NCBI GenBank assembly: GCA_918797485.1
Contig: CAKKNE010000002.1
Coordinates: 992,001 to 1,056,000, forward strand
Direction: 5' to 3'
Source of the DNA: Pelagomonas calceolata
Taxonomy: Eukaryota
DNA: 64,000 bases
Part shown: in pieces, positions 61,458-64,000 of the stretch
Position numbering within the stretch: the first letter of the stretch is position 1
Layout of the letters: every line of letters starts with the position of its first letter
Made by a program: the position numbers and the translations under genes
The notes under the pieces: generated by a model
Seen by the model: only the letters and a program-made list of their open reading frames with translations
Database searches by the model: none
Told to the model about the DNA's origin: nothing

Positions 61458-62195
61458 TTACAGCTCCATCTTCGCGAGGATCTTCTTGCGCTTGTTGACC
61501 CAGGCCGCGAGCTCGGGCCTCGTGCCGCCCGTCTTCATGTTCTGGAGCCGCTTGAGCTCCTTGGCGCGGTCGGCCTTGGACTTGGACGCCTGCTTGTCGA
61601 CGTAGGAAACTTCGCGCTCGGAGCAGCCTTTCTTCGTAGCGGGGTCGCACTTATCGGCCGGGACCGTCGGGCCGTTAATATTCAAAATCTCCATCTGGAA
61701 GACGAGCGGCGCGCCGCCGGGGATCTTGGGCGGGCTCCCGCTGTCGCCATATCCTAATTCAGACGGAATGTACATCTCCCACTTGTCGCCCTCGACCATG
61801 AGTTGCATAGCTTCCGTCCAGCCTTTGATGACCTGTGTGGAAATCAACCAGTGTGCACGCCGTCGAGCAGGCGTCGCGTCGAGAGATTCGCCGCGACATT
61901 TGATTTCCACGCAGTTAATAACCTGGTTTGGCGCAAACGACGTCGGCGAGCCGCGCTCATAGGAGCTGTCAAAGACCGTGCCGTCGATGAGCTTGCCCTC
62001 GTAGTGGCACTCGCACGACGTCGACGCCTTCGGGTGTGCCTCGCCGTCGCCGTCGCGCAGCACCTTATACATGAGACCGCTCTCGAGCGTGACGACGCCA
62101 TCTTCTTTAGCTTTCGCCTCGAGCCAGGTCTTGCCTTCCGGGCTCGTGCCCGCGTGCGCAGCGGCTAGTAGCAGGCATGCGATTGCCGAACGCAT
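61458..62195 (-). CDS. Secreted FKBP-type peptidyl-prolyl isomerase; in-frame intron 61922-61833
   Basis: SGLMYKVL, HYEGKLIDGTVFDSSY, PNQ|VIKGWTEAMQLM, ELGYG; C-terminal MEL resembles an ER-retention signal. Confidence 0.95.
   Translation of the reverse strand: MRSAIACLLLAAAHAGTSPEGKTWLEAKAKEDGVVTLESGLMYKVLRDGDGEAHPKASTSCECHYEGKLIDGTVFDSSYERGSPTSFAPNQVINCVEIKCRGESLDATPARRRAHWLISTQVIKGWTEAMQLMVEGDKWEMYIPSELGYGDSGSPPKIPGGAPLVFQMEILNINGPTVPADKCDPATKKGCSEREVSYVDKQASKSKADRAKELKRLQNMKTGGTRPELAAWVNKRKKILAKMEL
61833..61922 (-). mobile_element. Introner-like intron (90 nt, in frame) with TIR and 8-nt TSD
   Basis: GTTATTAA-CTGCGTGGAAATCAA...TTGATTTCCACACAG|GTCATCAA. Confidence 0.9.
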
Positions 62196-62387
62196 TGTGG
62201 TAATGGATCAGTCTATATTTTTTAATGGATGCCGAAAGTGGGGACTTGCTGCTGTCACGCGCGAAGTTGCAAACTGATGGTTGCACACGTCTAACGAGGT
62301 AGTGAGAGCAGCGATGTGAACCGCAAACGTGTAACTGGGCAGTGTGTGCAGTAATAACTCCAAAAAAGTCCAGCTGGAACTTAATAC

Positions 62388-62410
62388 CTAGCGGCCTGTA
62401 AGACACTAGC
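62388..62410 (-). promoter_or_regulatory. CTAG-N14-CTAG upstream element (consensus core)
   Basis: + strand CTAGCGGCCTGTAAGACACTAGC, divergent gap. Confidence 0.8.
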
Positions 62411-62619
62411 AAGCACAAAATCGGCTGTCGCGAGGCTGTTAGGAGCGATAGGCATCCAAATTGCCTGTAGAGAAGCGCCTGACATAAGCGCCGAGCGACG
62501 CGACCTCAAGCCAAACACCAGTTGTCCGTCTCGACGCGGCAAAAATAGAGATTGCACAGAGCAGCTCAGGCCTGCAGTAATAACTCGCGACGCGGCACGC
62601 CATCGATGCAGGAAGTAGC

Positions 62620-63741
62620 ATGAAGATAGCGCTGCTCCTCCTCGCCGTCCAAGCACAGGAAACACCGACGCACTGCGGCCACCCCTGCCCGGCACGAGGC
62701 AGCCGCGGCCCGACGAAAAACGTCCACGGCTGGCGCAAGTGGAAGGACTTGGTGCACTACCACATCGCGAAGAACGCGGGCACAACATTAAGAAGCGTGG
62801 TCACGAAGCGCTACGGCGGCTTGGAGCTGCACGGGCCCGGCAAGAAGGCGTATGGAGAATACTTTAATGATGCCGGCCGCAAGTGGGCGGGCCGCTACTT
62901 CGTGGCCATGGCGCGCGAGCCCACCTCCAAGCTCATGTCGCAGTTCTTTTACGTGAGAGCGTCGCTCGGAGGTGATTTCGGCACGTGGCACCGGTGCGTG
63001 ACGTTTCATGAATATGTTGAGTCCAAAAGGGCGCGGCACAACCACCAGTTTTCCCAATTGGTCGCGGGTAGTAGATTAGCAGCTTGTGATCCGTCTCACA
63101 ATGTATCGTACTTCAAGCGCCCGCGGCACGAGGCCGGTATTACAAAAGCTCAAGATGTTTGTAAGGGAGGCGCTGCGGTCCTCAAGAGCCGCATCCTCGA
63201 GATCCTGAGACAGCCTAGATTATTTGTTGGTTTGGTGGAGGACTTCGACGCTTCATTAGTCTCATTGCAAAGAGAAACAGGTTTACCGGACGCGACGTAC
63301 TGCCACAAGCGCACGACGAAAGGTGCCCTAAACAAGCCGCGCCACTTGACGGAAGACACGCGGCACGCCTCATCAAGGCGCAACGAGCTGGACGAGATCT
63401 TCTACGAGGCGGCCCGAGAGGTGCACGCCTGGAAGCGGTGCTGCTACGGCGTCGACGACGCGGCCGTGGCGGACTTTCGTCGGAAGAATTTGGAGTTCCA
63501 GCACTCGACGGGCTGCCACGTGATTCATGATAGGAAACAGAAGGGTCTAGATAATAGAACGGTGGGAGACCCGAACTGGCACGGCCGCGGCACGGACCAG
63601 TACGGGGCCAAATGTGCGGCTTTGGATCCGAGAAAATACGCGTTGCCGGGCGACTCGGACCAGTGGCGGCCGAAGGAGGACTGGTGCCCGCCTTCCTCGA
63701 AGCTCGTGGACGGGGACTGCGTGCCTCGTGCTAGTGTGTAA
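62620..63741 (+). CDS. Secretory-pathway sulfotransferase
   Basis: Signal peptide; 5'-PSB HIAKNAGTTL; 3'-PB REP.S...SQFFY; VGLVEDFDASL. Confidence 0.8.
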   Translation: MKIALLLLAVQAQETPTHCGHPCPARGSRGPTKNVHGWRKWKDLVHYHIAKNAGTTLRSVVTKRYGGLELHGPGKKAYGEYFNDAGRKWAGRYFVAMAREPTSKLMSQFFYVRASLGGDFGTWHRCVTFHEYVESKRARHNHQFSQLVAGSRLAACDPSHNVSYFKRPRHEAGITKAQDVCKGGAAVLKSRILEILRQPRLFVGLVEDFDASLVSLQRETGLPDATYCHKRTTKGALNKPRHLTEDTRHASSRRNELDEIFYEAAREVHAWKRCCYGVDDAAVADFRRKNLEFQHSTGCHVIHDRKQKGLDNRTVGDPNWHGRGTDQYGAKCAALDPRKYALPGDSDQWRPKEDWCPPSSKLVDGDCVPRASV

Positions 63742-64000
63742 GTGGATGTTGTTGTTTTTCTGGCCGCGTCGATGGCGTAGGTGTGAGAGAGTCGCTTATT
63801 GAGCTAGCCCCTCGGGACCCTCACACGCAGGCGTCCAGCGGGTGCCCAGCCCGCACGTTGAAAATCGGGCGGCGCGGCGCGGCGCTGCGGCTGGCGCTGC
63901 ACGCGCAAAAGGGCCATCGCGCACTCTTGCGGCTGCACTGTGTGCACGTCGCACCACCCACAGTTGTTGCCGTGAGGAACTCTCCGAGGCTGCCCTTCGC

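Noticed and set aside
10218..62410. Recurrent 24-mer as a CRISPR repeat or bacterial operator/REP
   Set aside because: Copies are kilobases apart, in both orientations, with no spacer array or cas genes, in intron-containing eukaryotic DNA.
1..64000. The many long overlapping or antisense ORFs (e.g. 20382-21656, 25774-27156, 49114-50313, 43039-44109)
   Set aside because: Arg/Ala/Pro-rich shadows of real genes, expected at this GC content; no recognisable motifs.

Overview
Gene-dense, very GC-rich eukaryotic nuclear DNA. A fucoxanthin-type LHC gene, bipartite plastid-targeting N-termini, short intergenic gaps and TIR-bearing introns point to a photosynthetic stramenopile, most likely a pelagophyte (Pelagomonas/Aureococcus-like; this is inference). 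About 38 protein-coding genes or fragments are supported, and most other ORFs in the track are GC-driven shadows. No rRNA, tRNA or CRISPR array was recognised. Main observations: (1) A 22-24 nt element, GCTAG-TGTCTTACAGGCCG-CTAGC, occurs 11 times (plus 2 variants). It is always one copy per intergenic gap, always upstream of a start codon and mostly in divergent promoters, so it is a candidate genome-wide promoter or chromatin element. (2) Four introner-like introns have terminal inverted repeats and an 8-nt target-site duplication that supplies the GT donor. (3) Several unusual fusions: PhnN kinase + 2H cyclic phosphodiesterase, TauD dioxygenase + Ldh_2 reductase (hidden by an introner), Ufd2 core + E2, and BRCT + EEP-like + Pol mu/TdT-like polymerase. 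(4) Two junctions join truncated genes on opposite strands. (5) A degenerate ~290-bp repeat lies in the only long gene-free stretch. All domain calls come from recognising motifs by eye; no searches were run.
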